DNA of 36,443 nucleotides from Chiloscyllium plagiosum (taxonomy: Eukaryota): positions 4,094,785 to 4,131,227 of the forward strand of contig NC_057720.1 in assembly GCF_004010195.1 (NCBI RefSeq), given 5' to 3'. The position numbers and the translations under genes were made by a program. Below the pieces are notes generated by a model, which saw only the letters and a program-made list of their open reading frames with translations, ran no database searches and was not told the origin of the DNA. Of the stretch, positions 1 through 11,774 are shown piece by piece (position 1 is the stretch's first letter; each line of letters starts with the position of its first letter).

Positions 1-41
1 ACACACACACACCCCCACCCGCACCCCCACCCCTCACACAC
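1..41. repeat. (AC)n / C-rich low-complexity tract
   Basis: acacacacacacccccaccc... at the window start. Confidence 0.7.
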
Positions 42-195
42 GAGGCCTTGTTATCACATGGTCTGCTATTACACACAACCCATTATTCGTTACTATCAGT
101 CCCAATTAATAGTTATTCACTCTTCCAGCCATGTCATTATCCACTGCTTTGTCTGTCCAGCTGTTCTTCTGTCTGTTCAGGCTCTATCCCCTCTT

Positions 196-467
196 GGTGG
201 CACAGTGGCTCAGTGGTTAGCACTGCTACCTTATAGCACTAGGGTCCCAGATTCAATTTCAGCCTCAGGTGACTGTCTGTGTGGAGTTTGCACATTCTCC
301 CTGTGTCTTTGCGAGTTTCCTCCCACAGTCCAAAGATGTGCAGGTTAGGTGAATTGGCCATGTTAAATTGCCCATAGTGTTAGGTGCCATAGTCAGAGGG
401 AAGTGGGTTACTCTTCAGAGGGTTGGTTGGGCTGAAGGGCCTGTTTCCACACTGTAGGTAATCTAAC
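196..467 (+). mobile_element. HE1-type tRNA-derived SINE
   Basis: Box A tggctcagtgg, degenerate box B, central gactgtctgtgtggagtttgcacattctcc domain, and CR1-like tail gggcctgtttccacactgta. Confidence 0.9.
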
Positions 468-479
468 TTACTGTTTACT

Positions 480-665
480 CCTTATCCACTCCCCCCACTT
501 TATCTTCTGCATATAAGGCAACGTTTTCCTAGGTACCATCAGTTCTAAATTACAGTCACTGGATCTGAAATTTTAACTCTACTTTCACTCCACAGATGCT
601 GCCAGACCTGCTGAGTTTCTCCAGAACTTTCTGATTTACAGCATCCAGTACTCTTTTGTTTTTGT
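480..665 (+). mobile_element. Old degenerate Penelope-like terminal-repeat fragment
   Basis: cacagatgctgccagacctgctgagtttctccag is shared with the copies at 1749, 10330, 23304 and 32826. Confidence 0.55.
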
Positions 666-777
666 TTTAACAATAGGAAGCTCTTGTTCCTCCAAAGGGC
701 AGTGGAAATTTGGAACTCTCTCTCCCCAAATAGCTGTTGAGGCTGAGTATTGATTGAAAATTCTGCAACATCAATTG

Positions 778-1395
778 GTATAGAGGTTTATAAAATCATG
801 AAGGGCATGGATAGGGTAAATTGACAAAATCTTTTCCCTGGGGTGGGAGACTCCAGAGGTAGAGGATATAGGGTGAGGGGACAACTTTAGATTAGATTAG
901 ATTAGATTACTTAGATTAGATTACTTACAGTGTGGAAACAGGCCCTTCGGCCCAACAAGTCCACACCGCCCCACCGAAGCGCAACCCACCCATACCCTAC
1001 ATTTACCCCTTACCTAACATTACGGGCAATTTAGCATGGCCAATTCACCTAACCTGCACATCTTTGGACTGTGGCTGAGGCGGGAATTGAACCTGGGTCT
1101 CTGGTGCTGTGAGGCAGCAGTGCTAACCACTGTGCCGCCACTTAAAAGGGACCTAAGGGGCAGCTTTTTCATGCAGGGGGTGGTCTGTGTATGGAATGAG
1201 CTGCCAGAGGAAGTGGTGGAGGCTGGTACAATTACGCATTTCAAAGGCACCTGGATGGGTATATGAATAGGAAGGGTTAGAGGGGTATGGACCAAAGGCT
1301 GGCAAATGGGACTAGATTTATTTAGGATATCTGGACAGCATGGACATGTTAGACTGTTTTCGTGCTGTACATCTCTATGGCTCTATGATTTTATG
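778..1395 (+). mobile_element. CR1 (HER1-like) LINE 3' fragment interrupted by an antisense HE1 SINE
   Basis: Encodes the CR1 ORF2 C-terminal motif RGSFF...VWNELPEEVVEAGTITHFK and ends in a ctctatg-type tail. Confidence 0.85.
887..1141 (-). mobile_element. HE1-type SINE, internally deleted, with (GATTA)n tail
   Basis: Reverse complement of the HE1 head (gcagtgctaaccactgtgcc) and tail; gatta repeats at 889-925. Confidence 0.9.
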
Positions 1396-1748
1396 ATAGA
1401 GTTATGGTGTTAGGTAAGGGAGGGGGGTTAAGAAGGGCTGTTATGGTACAGTGGTAGTGTTCCTAGAGCCTTTATAATTTTGGAAGATAACCACAAAATA
1501 CGTCCTTCCTTTAGAACACTAGATTGCAGATGATTAGGCGCTGGGGATCTGTTAGCTTTTAACCACTTCTTTTCTTCACACTGTTTTTACAAATAAAGAT
1601 TTTCTTCAACTCCTGCCTCACACCAGACCCTTAGTTTCCTGAGAAATTAATTGTGACCCTTTGTGAAGGCCAAATTAATTGTTAATTAACCCTTTCCATT
1701 GCACAATACCCAGTTGATCATATCTTGCTCTCTTGTTGTAGCACTCTA

Positions 1749-1884
1749 ATTCTGAAGAAGGGTCGCTAGACCCAAAGGGTTATCTTTGATTTCTGTCCAC
1801 AGATGTTGCCAGGCCTGCTGAGTTTTTCCAGCAATTTCTGTTTCTGTTTCTGGTTTCCAGCATCTGCAGTTCTTTCGGCTTTTT
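1749..1884 (+). mobile_element. Penelope-like terminal repeat with decayed hammerhead core
   Basis: ctgaagaagggtcgctagacccaaa gives CUGANGA plus a GGGUC/GACCC stem, with GAAA mutated. It is followed by the family tail ccagcatctgcagttct. Confidence 0.6.
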
Positions 1885-1885
1885 G

Positions 1886-2160
1886 ACCTTTAATTGGTTC
1901 CTTAATGTATTGGTTAAAGAACCCACCATGTGTACATTTCGGAAAATCCTCCTCTGCGGTGGAATTGCTTGTTTGGTTTGTCCAATCTCTGTGTAGGTTA
2001 AAGTCACCTACGAGTACAGTCATAAACTTATTGCAGGGTCTCAAATCTCCTGTTTAATGCCTTCCTGTTACTGTTAATGTTTGGGTCCGTATAGACAACA
2101 CTCACTGTTTTCTGTCCCTTTTGGTGGTTTTGATTTTCTCCTGTATATATTCCACATCAA
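1886..2160 (-). mobile_element. CR1 endonuclease-domain fragment
   Basis: ORF 1766..2044 contains VLVGDFNL...FFNQYIKEP, an APE-endonuclease motif. Confidence 0.7.
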
Positions 2161-2667
2161 TCTTATTCATGAGTAATGTCAGTTTTCTGAGTACTATCAA
2201 TCATCATCACTTTAGATCAATAGAACAAGTTATGTGAAAATTCCTGTCTCCAGTTTCCTCTTGTTTTTAAGCAGGCTGCCACCTTTCTGAAAATGTATTA
2301 GTGACCACGGTTCAGAATTGTATGCCTTGAGGCTGCGCTGGTGCTATGGAAATGTAATTTGCTCACTATCTAAAAATAGTCTGCTGCTATTGTGGAATTT
2401 GCCCTGACACTGTGTTCAAGAGTGTACCCTTTTTGTATCATTCGGACCCATCGATTGATGAGGATTTTGGTAAATGCTGAAATACCTGTCTATAGAACAG
2501 CTTCTCAGCTGACAGATCAAACCTGTGCTCTCTATATACAGAATATTCTTCACAAAAAGGCCTTTGTTCTTTAATTGTTTCCTGACCAGAAAATAAATCC
2601 CAATTTAGTTCAGCAATTTTTCTAGCAATTTCTGTTTCTGTTCTCGATTATCTTTTCTATTTGATCT

Positions 2668-3028
2668 TGGGATGTGGATGTTGCTGGCTGTGGCAACACT
2701 TATTGCCCTTCCCTAATTGCCCTTGAACAGGGTGGTTTGCTGTTGCTGCTTCTGGAGATGAGGGTGGAGGGGATAAGAATTAACCGCATTGCTGTGGGTC
2801 TGGAGTCACATGTACATCAGACTAGGTAAATATGACAGATTTCCTTCTCTGAAAGACATTAGTGAACCAGGCAGCTTTTTACGATAATTGACGATGGTTA
2901 CATTATCAATTCTAAGCTAGCTTTTAATTACACCATTTGTTGAATTCTAATTTCACCATTTGGCATATCCCCAGCACATTGATCTAGCATTCTGGATGAC
3001 TAGTCTACGGATAGTGCCACTAGAGCAT
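2668..3028 (-). mobile_element. Second SINE family (tRNA-like head; tail shared with the older LINE family)
   Basis: Reverse complement of 26030-26575: cattgctgtgggtctggagtcacatg and agacattagtgaaccag. Confidence 0.75.
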
Positions 3029-3196
3029 GACATTGTCATTATTGTGGCTTGCCCCAGTGCCCTGAAATACAAAGCTTCTGTGGTATTTGATTTTTTTGGG
3101 CATGTAATATCAAGAAGTTGGGTTTAGTTTCACTCTAAGTTAATGATCCAGTCTAAACACTGATCCAGCCTTACTAAAACGCATGGTTAAAAACAT

Positions 3197-3296
3197 TCCT
3201 GATGAAGGGCTTTTGCCCGAAACGTTGATTTTCCTGCTCCTCGGATACTGCCTGACCTGCTGTGCTTTTCCAGCACCACTCTTATCTAGACCTTAA
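3197..3296 (+). mobile_element. Penelope-like short element, family A, with hammerhead ribozyme core
   Basis: CTGATGA-A-GGGC-TTTT-GCCC-GAAA-CG-TT at 3199-3226, flanked by taaaaacat direct repeats (3188-3196 and 3297-3305). Confidence 0.75.
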
Positions 3297-3441
3297 TAAA
3301 AACATGAACGTGCTCAGCTCATCTGGCAGGACGGGCAAAATTACAGCACTTTCCCCGTTTAGTTTCCGGGCTCCAGCCATCGCTGTGTTTTGTTTGTGCT
3401 ATCTTCTTCCTCTGTTTGGGGAGCTCCGCAGCCCAGTATCT

Positions 3442-3584
3442 GAGCTGAAAATGTGTTGCTGGAAAAGCGCAGCAGGTCAGGCAGCATCCAAGGAACAGGA
3501 GAATCAGGATGCTGCGTGACCTGCGCTTTTCCAGCAACACATTTTCAGCTCTGATCTCCAGCATCTGCAGACCTCACTTTCTCC
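3442..3584. mobile_element. Fold-back family A element with 19-bp flanking duplication
   Basis: Inverted arms at about 3442-3489 and 3507-3551; cagcccagtatctgagctg occurs at 3429-3447 and 3584-3602. Confidence 0.85.
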
Positions 3585-3666
3585 AGCCCAGTATCTGAGC
3601 TGGACATTCCTCTTTCTGGGTTGGTGCTTCTCACTGAATTTGAGCATCTTTCCTACTGAGGTAATG

Positions 3667-3680
3667 GTGCCACCTAGTGA
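3667..3680 (-). promoter_or_regulatory. Candidate CTCF site
   Basis: The minus strand reads TCACTAGGTGGCAC, a 13/14 match to the CCASYAGRKGGCRS core. Motif evidence only. Confidence 0.35.
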
Positions 3681-3777
3681 CCTGTCATTGAAAACTCTTC
3701 CAGGTTTATCCTTATCCTCCCTTACAGGATGTGGGTGTTGCTGGACAGGCTGGCATTAGTTGCCCATTGAGAAGACA

Positions 3778-6634
3778 GGAATAAGAGTGATGAACTTAGC
3801 GCATGGATCAGTACTTGGGACTACCATGTTGTGTAGTTTGGAGACATGGATTTCACAGGGGCAGGAATGGTTGCTGGACATTGCAAGGTTTAGATCTTTT
3901 AAAAAGAACAGGAAAGTGGGTAAAAGAGAGGGGGAGTAGCATTGTTAATTAGGAAGTGCATCACACCTGCAGAAAAGGAGGTTGTTACGGAGGGTTTGTC
4001 TACTGAGACAGCGTGGGTGGAAGTCAGGAACAGAAAAGGAACAGTCACTTTATTGGGTGTTTTCTATAGACCCCCCAATAGCAGCAGAGAAATGGAAGAA
4101 CAGATTAGACAGCAGATCTTGGAAAGTTGCAGATGTAACAGAGTTGTTTTTATGGGTGATTTCAACTTCCCCAATATTGATTGGAACTTCCTTAGTGAAG
4201 ATGGTCTGGATGGCACCGATTTTGTCAGGTGTGTCCAGGAAGGATTCCTGACTCAATATATAGATAGGCTGACTAGGGTGGAGGCCATATTGGATTTGGT
4301 GCTAGGCAACGAGCCAGGCCAGGTGTCAGATCTCTCAGTGGGAGAGCATTTCAGTGTCAGTGATCACAATTTTCTCACCTTTACCATAGTCATGGAGAGG
4401 GATGGGAACTGACAGTATGGGAAGGCATTTAATTGGTGGACGGGAAATTATACGACTATTAGACAGGAGCTGGGGCGTATAAATTAGGGACAATTGTTCT
4501 ATGGGAAATGCACAACAGAAATGCGGAGACTGTTAAAGGAGCACTCATTGCGAGTGTTGGATAACTGTCCCACTGAGACAGGCAAGGAATGGTAAGGTGA
4601 AGGAGCCTTGGATGTCAAGAGAAGAGGAGCTTCTCATCAAGAGGAAGAAGGAAGCTTACTTAATGTTGAGGAAGCAAGGATCTGGAACAGCCTTAGAGGA
4701 TTAAAGGGTAGCTAGGAAAGAACTCAAAAATGGACTGGGGAGAACTAGGAGGGGGCACAAGAAAGCCTTGGCAGGAAGGATTATTGAAAACCCAAAGGCA
4801 TTCTACACTTACGTGAGGAACAAAAAAATGATCAGAGAGAGGGTAGAGCTGATCAGGGATAGCGGAGGGAATTTGTGCCTGGAGTCTGAAGGGGGAGGGG
4901 AGGCTCCAGTTTTTTTTTTCTTCAGTATTCACTAGAGAGAGGGGCCTTGTTGCTAGTAAGAACACTGTGGACCAGTTTAAAAGGCTTGAACACATTGATA
5001 TTAAGAATGTAGATGTGCTGGATATTTTGGGTAGCATCAAGACAGATAAGTTCCCAGGGCCAGACCAGATATGTCCAAGGCTACAATGGGAAGCGAGGAA
5101 TGAGATTGCTGCATCTCTGGCGATGATCTTTGCATCCTCTCTTTCCATGGGCGTAGTACCGGATGATGGGAGGGAGGTGTTCCTCTGTTCAGGAAAGGGA
5201 AAAGAGAAATTCTAGGAATTACAGACCAGTCAGTCTTACATCTGTGGTAAGCAAGGTACTGGAAAGGATTCTGAGAGATAGGATTTATGACTATTTGGAA
5301 AAATATAGTTTGCTTAAAGATAGTCAGCATGGCTTTGTGAGGGGCAGGTTTGCCTCACAAACCTTATTGAGTTCTTTGAGGATGTGAAGAGACAAGTTGA
5401 CGAAGGTGGAGCAGTGGATGTGATGTAAATGGATTTCAGTAAAGCATTTGATAAGGTTCCCCACAACAGGCTCATTCAGAAAGTTAAGAAGTTTGGAATA
5501 CAAGGAGATTTGGCTGCCTGGATACAGAATTGGCTGGCTGAAAGAAGACAGCCAGTGACAGTAAATGGAAAGTATTCTGCCTGGAGGTCAGTGACCAATA
5601 GTGTCCTGCAGGGATCTGTTCGTGGGTCTCTGCTCTTTATAATTTTTATAAATGACTTGGATAAAGTAGTGGAAGGGTGGGTTAGTACGTTGCTGATAAC
5701 ACAAAGGTCAGTGGTGTTGTAGATAGTGTCGAGGACTGTTGCAGGCTACAACAAGACACTGACAGGATGCAGAGCTGGGCTGAGAAGTGGCAGATGGAGT
5801 TCAACCTGGATAAACGCAAAGTGATTCATTTCGGAAGGTCAAATTTGAATGCTGAATACAGGGTTAAAGGCAGGATTCTTGGCAGTGTGGAGGAACAGCG
5901 GGACCTTGGGGTCCATGTCCATAAATCTCTCAAATTTGCCACCCAAGTTGACAGTGTTGTTAAGAAGGCGTATGGTGTGTTGGCTTTCATTAACAAGGGG
6001 AATTGAGTTTAAGAGCCGTGAGGTTTTGCTGCAGCTCTACAAAACTCTGTTAAAACCACATTTGGAATATTGTGTCCAGTTCTGGTCGCCTCATTATAAG
6101 AAGGATGTAGATGCTTTAGACAGGGCACAGAGGAGATTTACCAGGATGTTGCCTGGATTGGAGGTCTTGTCCTATGAAGAGAGGTTAAGTGAGCTTGGAC
6201 TTTTTACACTGGAGAGAAGAAGGAAGAGAGGTGATTTAACAGAGGTGTATAGGTAATGAGAGGCATAGATAGAGTAGATAGCCAGAGACTTTTCCCCAGG
6301 GCAGAAATGGCTGTCACGAGGGGTCATAATCTTAAGGTGATTGGAGGAAGGTTTCGGGGAGATGGCAGAGGTTGGTTCTTTACTCAGAGAGTGGTGGGTG
6401 CATGGAATGCACTGTCAGGGTGGTGGTAGAGTCAGAGACATTAGGGACATTTAAGTGACTGCTGGACAAAGCACATAGAGGGCAGGAAAGTGACTGCTGG
6501 ACCAAGCACATAGACGGCAGGAAATTGAGAGATGTGTAGGTTAGGTTGATATTAGATTTAGATAAATGCTCGGCACAACATCGAGGGCCAAAGGGCCTGT
6601 ACTGTGCTTACTGTTCTATGTTCTGTGTTCTATG
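3778..6634 (+). mobile_element. Near-complete CR1 LINE ORF2 (endonuclease + reverse transcriptase), inactivated
   Basis: EN motifs GVFYRPP, MGDFNFP, LDLVL, SDH; RT motifs YRPVSLTS, QHGF, DFSKAFDKVPH, QGS, FINDL; PHLEYCVQFWSP; (gttctat)n tail. There are several stops and frameshifts and a 35-bp tandem duplication at 6453-6522. Confidence 0.95.
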
Positions 6635-6934
6635 ATCCTCCATCATGTTGTGTGACACTATCACTGTATTAAATGGGACAGGCTTCGAAAATATTTAGCA
6701 GCTCCAGACTGGGCCTCCATGAGGCACTGTGAGCTATCAACAGCAGCAGAGCTGTACTCCAGCACAATCTGTAACCTCATGGCCCGGCTTATCCCCCACT
6801 CAACCATTACCATCAAGCCAAGGGATCAGCCCTGGTTCAATGGAGAGTGCAGGAGGGCATGGCAGGGGCAGAATCAGGCATATCTGAAAGTGAGGTTTCA
6901 ACGTGATAAAGCTACCAAGCAGGACTATTTGTGT

Positions 6935-7130
6935 CTAGATTAGAGTGGTGCTGGAAAAGCACAGCAGGTCAGGCAGCATCCAAGGAACAGGAAAATTGAC
7001 GTTTGGATGAAGGGCTTTTGCCTGAAATGTCGATTTTCCTGCTCCTCGGATGCTGCCTGACCTGCTGTGCTTTTCCAGCACCACTCTAATCGAGACTCTG
7101 GTTTCCAGCATCTGCAGTCCTTGTTTTTAC
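6935..7130. mobile_element. Fold-back family A element with 15-bp TSD
   Basis: Inverted arms at about 6935-7004 and 7025-7096; truncated hammerhead core at 7006-7032; caggacta(t/c)ttgtgt at 6920-6934 and 7131-7145. Confidence 0.85.
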
Positions 7131-7570
7131 CAGGACTACTTGTGTACCATACAATATAATGAACAAGTGATATACACAGCTAAGCAATCCCACAACCAAC
7201 AGATCCGATCTAAGTTCTGCAGTCCTGCCACATCCAGTCATGAACGGTAATGGACAATTAAACAACTCACTGGAGGAGGAGGCTCCACAAATATCCCCAT
7301 CCTCAATGATGTAGAAGCCAGCACATGCGTGTAAAGGATAAGGCTGAAGCTTTTGCAGCAATCTTCAGTCAGGAGTGCCAAGTGGATGATCCATTTGGCC
7401 TCCTCCAGTGGTCCCCAGCTTCACAGATACCAATCTCCAGCCAATTTGATTCACTTCGTGTGATATTAAGAAATGGTTGGAGACACTGGATACTGCAAAG
7501 GCAATGGGCCCTGACAATATTCCGGCAATAGCACTGAAGATTTGTGCTTCAGAACTTGCTGCTCCCCTAG

Positions 7571-7703
7571 GGGAGAAAGTGAGGTCTGCAGATGCTGGAG
7601 ATCAGAGCTGAAAATGTGTTGCTGGAAAAGCGCAGCAGGTCAGGCAGCATCCAGGGAACAGGAGAATCGACGTTTCGGGCATAAGCCCTTCTTCAGGAAT
7701 CAG
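7571..7703 (-). mobile_element. Family A Penelope-like element with intact hammerhead core and 15-bp TSD
   Basis: The minus strand reads CTGAAGA-A-GGGC-TTAT-GCCC-GAAA-CG-TC (7669-7696); ttgctgctcccctag occurs at 7556-7570 and 7704-7718. Confidence 0.85.
7669..7696 (-). ncRNA. Minimal type I hammerhead ribozyme core
   Basis: CUGAAGA, 4-bp stem II, GAAA, ACGU palindromic stem III and a GUC cleavage triplet; stem I is weak. Confidence 0.7.
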
Positions 7704-8199
7704 TTGCTGCTCCCCTAGCCAAGCTGTTCCAGTACAGTTACAACACTGGCATCTACCCGACAATGTGGGAAATAGCCCAGCACATAAAAAGCAGTTCAAA
7801 TCCAACTCGCCAATTACCGTCCCATCAGTCTACTCTCAATCATCAGTAAAGTGATGGAAGGGATCAGTAACAGTGCTATCAAACAGCACCTGCTCAGCAA
7901 TAACCTGCCCAGTTTGGGTTCCACCAGGGCCACTCAGCTCCTGGCCTCATTACAGCCTTGGGTCAAACATGAACAAAAGAGCTGAATTCCACAGGGGAGG
8001 GGGGAGTGACAGCCCTTAACATCAAGAAACCATTTGACTGAGTGTGGCATCAAGGAGTCCTGGCAAAACTGGAATCAATGGGTATCAGGGGCAAAGTTTC
8101 TACTGGTTGGAGTTATACCTGGCACATAGGAAGATGGTTGTGGTTGTTGGGCAGTCATCTCAGCTACAGGACATCTCTGGAAGTGTTCCTCAGGATGGA

Positions 8200-8315
8200 T
8201 ATTTTCTAATGAAGCTGTTCAGAGATGTTATTATACACTTCAGGAGCAAGTGGAACTTGATCCTAGACTTCCTAGCTCAGAGGTAGGGAATCTGCCACTG
8301 CACCACAAGAGGCCC
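8200..8315 (-). mobile_element. Short tRNA-derived SINE fragment
   Basis: Minus strand gtggtgcagtgg (box A-like) ... ggatcaagttcc (box B-like); a similar head lies at 1436-1465. Confidence 0.4.
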
Positions 8316-8467
8316 AGGTGCTTCACAAAAGAACTAAAGGCAGCCACCAGATTTGGCAGTGAATGGTCTGATCTGAGAGTGTGGTGGAAAAATATCCAAT
8401 TTTGGCTTATAAAAGGGATTGGACCCAAAAGGACAAAAAAATTAATCCGAGGTTTGGGAGGAGTTAT

Positions 8468-9085
8468 AGACTCATGCAGCTTGGTAACAGACCCTTCGGT
8501 TCAACCAGTCCATGCTGACCAAGTTTCACAAACTAAATCAGTCCCACTTGCCTGTGTTTGGCCCACGTCTTTCCTATTCATTTATCTGTCCAAATGTCTT
8601 TTAAATGTTGTAACTTTACTCCATCTACCACTTCCTCTGGCAGTTCATTCCACACACGAACCACCTCTGTGTGAAAACGTTGTGTCTCAGGTCCCTTTTA
8701 AATCTTTCTCCCCTCACTTAAACCTATATCCTCTAGTCTTGAACTCCCCCACCTTGGTGAAAAGCCCTTTGCTATTTACCCTATCCATGCCCCTCATGAT
8801 TTATAAACCTCTTTTGGATGTAGGTTTGCTCGCTGAGTTGCAAGGCTCATTTCAGGTTAATTCATTGAGCAAACCTACATCCGAAACCTCAACCTGAGCT
8901 ACAAATCTTCTCAAAACTCGCTTTATAAACCTCTGTAAGGTCACCCCACAACCTTGTATGCTGCAGTGAAATAATTCCCAGCCTCTTCTTATAACTCAAG
9001 TTGCCCAATCCAGGCAACATCCCAGTAAATCATTTTTGCACCTCTCCAATTTAATAATATCCTTCCTATTGCAGGGGGACCAGAA
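8468..9085 (-). mobile_element. CR1 3' fragment
   Basis: Reverse complement of the CR1 3' end (cctatccatgcccctcatgatttataaacctc; ccaggcaacatc). Confidence 0.85.
8813..8921. mobile_element. Third short fold-back element (probably Penelope-like) with 13-bp TSD
   Basis: tttataaacctct at 8800-8812 and 8922-8934; 19-bp inverted arms at 8813-8831 and 8867-8885. Confidence 0.75.
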
Positions 9086-10329
9086 GAGGCGGTGGAGTGA
9101 GCTTTTAACAAAATTATTTTTACAAAGAGCTCTCGCAGACTCAAGTGGCTGGATGGTCACTTCATAGATTTAAGGTTAATTTAGGTCATTACGCACTCTG
9201 TTTTAACTTGGAGTCAATAAAGATGTTGTTTCTGTTGTTTAGCAAGTGATGCAGCATGATGTATCTTTAGAATTGTAAGCAACAAACTTTTATGGTTGGT
9301 AGAATGAAGGATAACTTGTATAGGTCATTAGTTTTATACTAATTCTATTAATTTTGGTTTAGCAATCTAAAGATAATTAATCCAAGCTTTGGGAGAGGTG
9401 ATGCAAGTATTTCTCATTTCCACAGGACAGCTGGCATTAATGAGAGACCTGGACTCCCCAGACTCACAGCCTCTACCCTCCTCTCAATTTAACTTTATGA
9501 CTTGCCAATCACCATTCAAACAAGGTTTTGATGTTACTGAAATGCATTGTTCCAGAGAAACCTGAGAGCATCTCTTATCAGTATGTTTATAATTGGTGTC
9601 TACCCTGTCTTCCTACTATTCCCTTATCTTTAATTGATTTGTTGCCCTTAAGTTCATAAATTAATCAATTCGAAAACATAGATGATTTAATGGATATGGA
9701 TAATAGTAAAAAAAATTGAGTTGTGAGTAAGTGGAGAGGGTATATTAGTAAAAGAAGCGACGCAGGGCCTTGTCTCAGGCTGGAACTAGTCTACATACAC
9801 CATAGTTCGTGGCTTTATTTTAGTGTTCAATAATAAATGAGGTTCCTTTCCAAAAAGAAATCAGTACCTGTCCCACCTATCTACTTTTCCCTCATCTTTG
9901 ATGGTTTTTGTTGCTCTTAATTGCTTTGCACATAAATTACTCAATTAAAACACATGGCTGATTTACTGGGGGTAACTTAAACATGTAACATAACTAAGGG
10001 TGATATAGTGATACTTGATTTGATTTATTGTTGTCACTTGTACCTACATACAGCGATAAGTTTTGTTGTGTGTGCAGTACAGGCAGATCATAGCAAACTA
10101 GGACATGTAGATCATAGGGTGCTTAGACAGAGCGAAGCATACAGGGTTAGGGCCACACAGGATATTAGCAAAAATATTCAGTTATGTGTAACAGTTTCTG
10201 GATATAAAAATAAGCAACGACTGTCAGAGTCTGAATTAAACACTTCACCAGCACGAAGATAAATTCAGAGTATATTAATTGAAAATACAGTTTGAAGTTG
10301 AATTAGATGACTAAATAAAATATTTATTC

Positions 10330-10420
10330 TGTTTTGAAGAAGTGTCACTGGACCTGTAAAGTTAACTGCTTTCTCTCCACAGATACTGCAGAGTTTTTCC
10401 AGCAATTTCTCATTTTTTTA
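10330..10420 (+). mobile_element. Old Penelope-like terminal-repeat fragment
   Basis: tgaagaagtgtcactggacc...ctctccacagatactgc...ttttccagcaatttct, homologous to the 1749 and 23304 copies. Confidence 0.55.
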
Positions 10421-10584
10421 AAACACACTTGTCATGTCCTAAGAGATAGGTGGTTGAAATTGTTTCTGGTGAAAATCCCATGTTGTGCTTTTAATTTTTT
10501 TCTTTAGAAATTTTACAATAACAACGAAATTAATTTGATCTATGTCAATTCATGGCTTTGAAACATCTTTGGTCTTAGATACAG

Positions 10585-10940
10585 TATTCTCATCCTGGCT
10601 TCCAAATCACTTTGTGATCTTGCTTCCCTTCTCATCTCTATATAATCTCTTCTGATCCTACAACCCATTGAGATTTCTGAACACCGACCACCCTCATTCT
10701 CCAACCTGTGGAAGGCATGTTTGCAGCTGCCCTTGGCCGAAGGTTTGGAACTCAATCCCTACACCTCTCCAGCTCTTTGCCTTTGTACCCTTCTGTCTCT
10801 TCCTTTAAGATTTACCTAAGTTGTATTTCTGTGACCAACCTTTGTGTCACCTGCCCCACTATCTCCTTACGTACCTTGATGTGAAATTTTATCAGATCAC
10901 AGTCATGTGCGAAGCACTTGAGGACATTGTGCCACATGAA
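10585..10940 (+). mobile_element. L2-like LINE 3' relic
   Basis: tggaactcaatccct...tttaagatttacctaag...gaagcacttgaggacatt resembles an L2 3' end; a similar tail is on the minus strand near 25790. Confidence 0.5.
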
Positions 10941-10950
10941 TGAATCGTGG

Positions 10951-11305
10951 AATAGAATCCCAACAGTGTGGAAGCAGGCCATTTGGCCCATTGAGCCCAC
11001 ACTGACCATCCAAACAGCATTCCACCCAGACTCACTCCCTTACCCTATCCCTGTAAACCTGCACTTCCCATGGCTAACCCAGCTCACCTCCATATCCCTG
11101 CACACTACGGATAATTTAGCAAGGCCAATCCACCTGACCTGCACATCCTTGGATTGTGGGAGGAAACCGAAGCACCCAGAGGAAACCCACACAGACATGG
11201 GGAGAATGTGGAAACTCCACACAGAAAGTGACCCAAGGCTGGAATCGAACCCAGGTCCCTGGCGTGGTGAGGCAGCAGTGCTAACCACTGAGCTACCATG
11301 CCACC
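10951..11305 (-). mobile_element. HE1-type SINE, full length
   Basis: Minus-strand box A, box B gggttcgattcc, central domain and CR1-like tail. Confidence 0.92.
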
Positions 11306-11774
11306 ACATGTGCTGTTGAGAGAGTGAATTGCTAGAGTCTCTCAGGCTTGGGCCATTCACCTTGAATGAAGCTGGTAATGTCTCTGCCCAGCACTGCTTG
11401 ACACACCACACCCCTGTGTAATACTGGTCCTGTTCCCCTGTTTAATGTTTTAGCCCTGGGTTGATGTGTGACCTGTATCCAGGGCCTCCTGCTCTTTTTT
11501 TGCAGAAATTAGCAGAAGCTCCTAATAGTGAATGAGTCCCGTAACCTGCGTGACTTGAGGCTGCTCCAAAGCCACACTGGAGTTTTCTGCATCACAGAAT
11601 TATCACAGTGCAGAAGGAGGCGTGCTGGGTTAGCCATGGGAAATGCAGATTTACAGGGATAAGGTAAGGCTGTGGGCATGGGTGGGATGCTCTTTGGAGG
11701 GTCAGTGTGGACTCAATGAGCCGTTTGGTCCACCGTGACTGCACTAGCTCATCGAATAATTTATGCAAGTGGAA

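Larger units (their letters stand above)
6635..8195 (+). mobile_element. Older, distinct LINE (CR1/L2 group) ORF2 relic
   Basis: Fragments PWFNGEC, KAEAFAAIF, a GPDNIP-like segment and aattaccgtcccatcagtctactc (NYRPISLL). Homologous pieces lie at 17640-18290 and 19346-19755. Confidence 0.75.

Noticed and set aside
196..270. tRNA genes at SINE heads
   Set aside because: A and B boxes are present but there is no cloverleaf; each continues into an HE1 body.
3942..6256. RT/endonuclease ORFs as an active element, retron or domesticated gene
   Set aside because: Ordinary CR1 ORF2 broken by multiple stops and frameshifts; the catalytic ADD motif region is mutated.
6453..6522. 35-bp tandem duplication
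   Set aside because: Simple slippage duplication within a dead CR1; nothing suggests function.
8250..8897. 215-aa ORF
   Set aside because: Chance read-through across a SINE head, an antisense CR1 and a fold-back insert.
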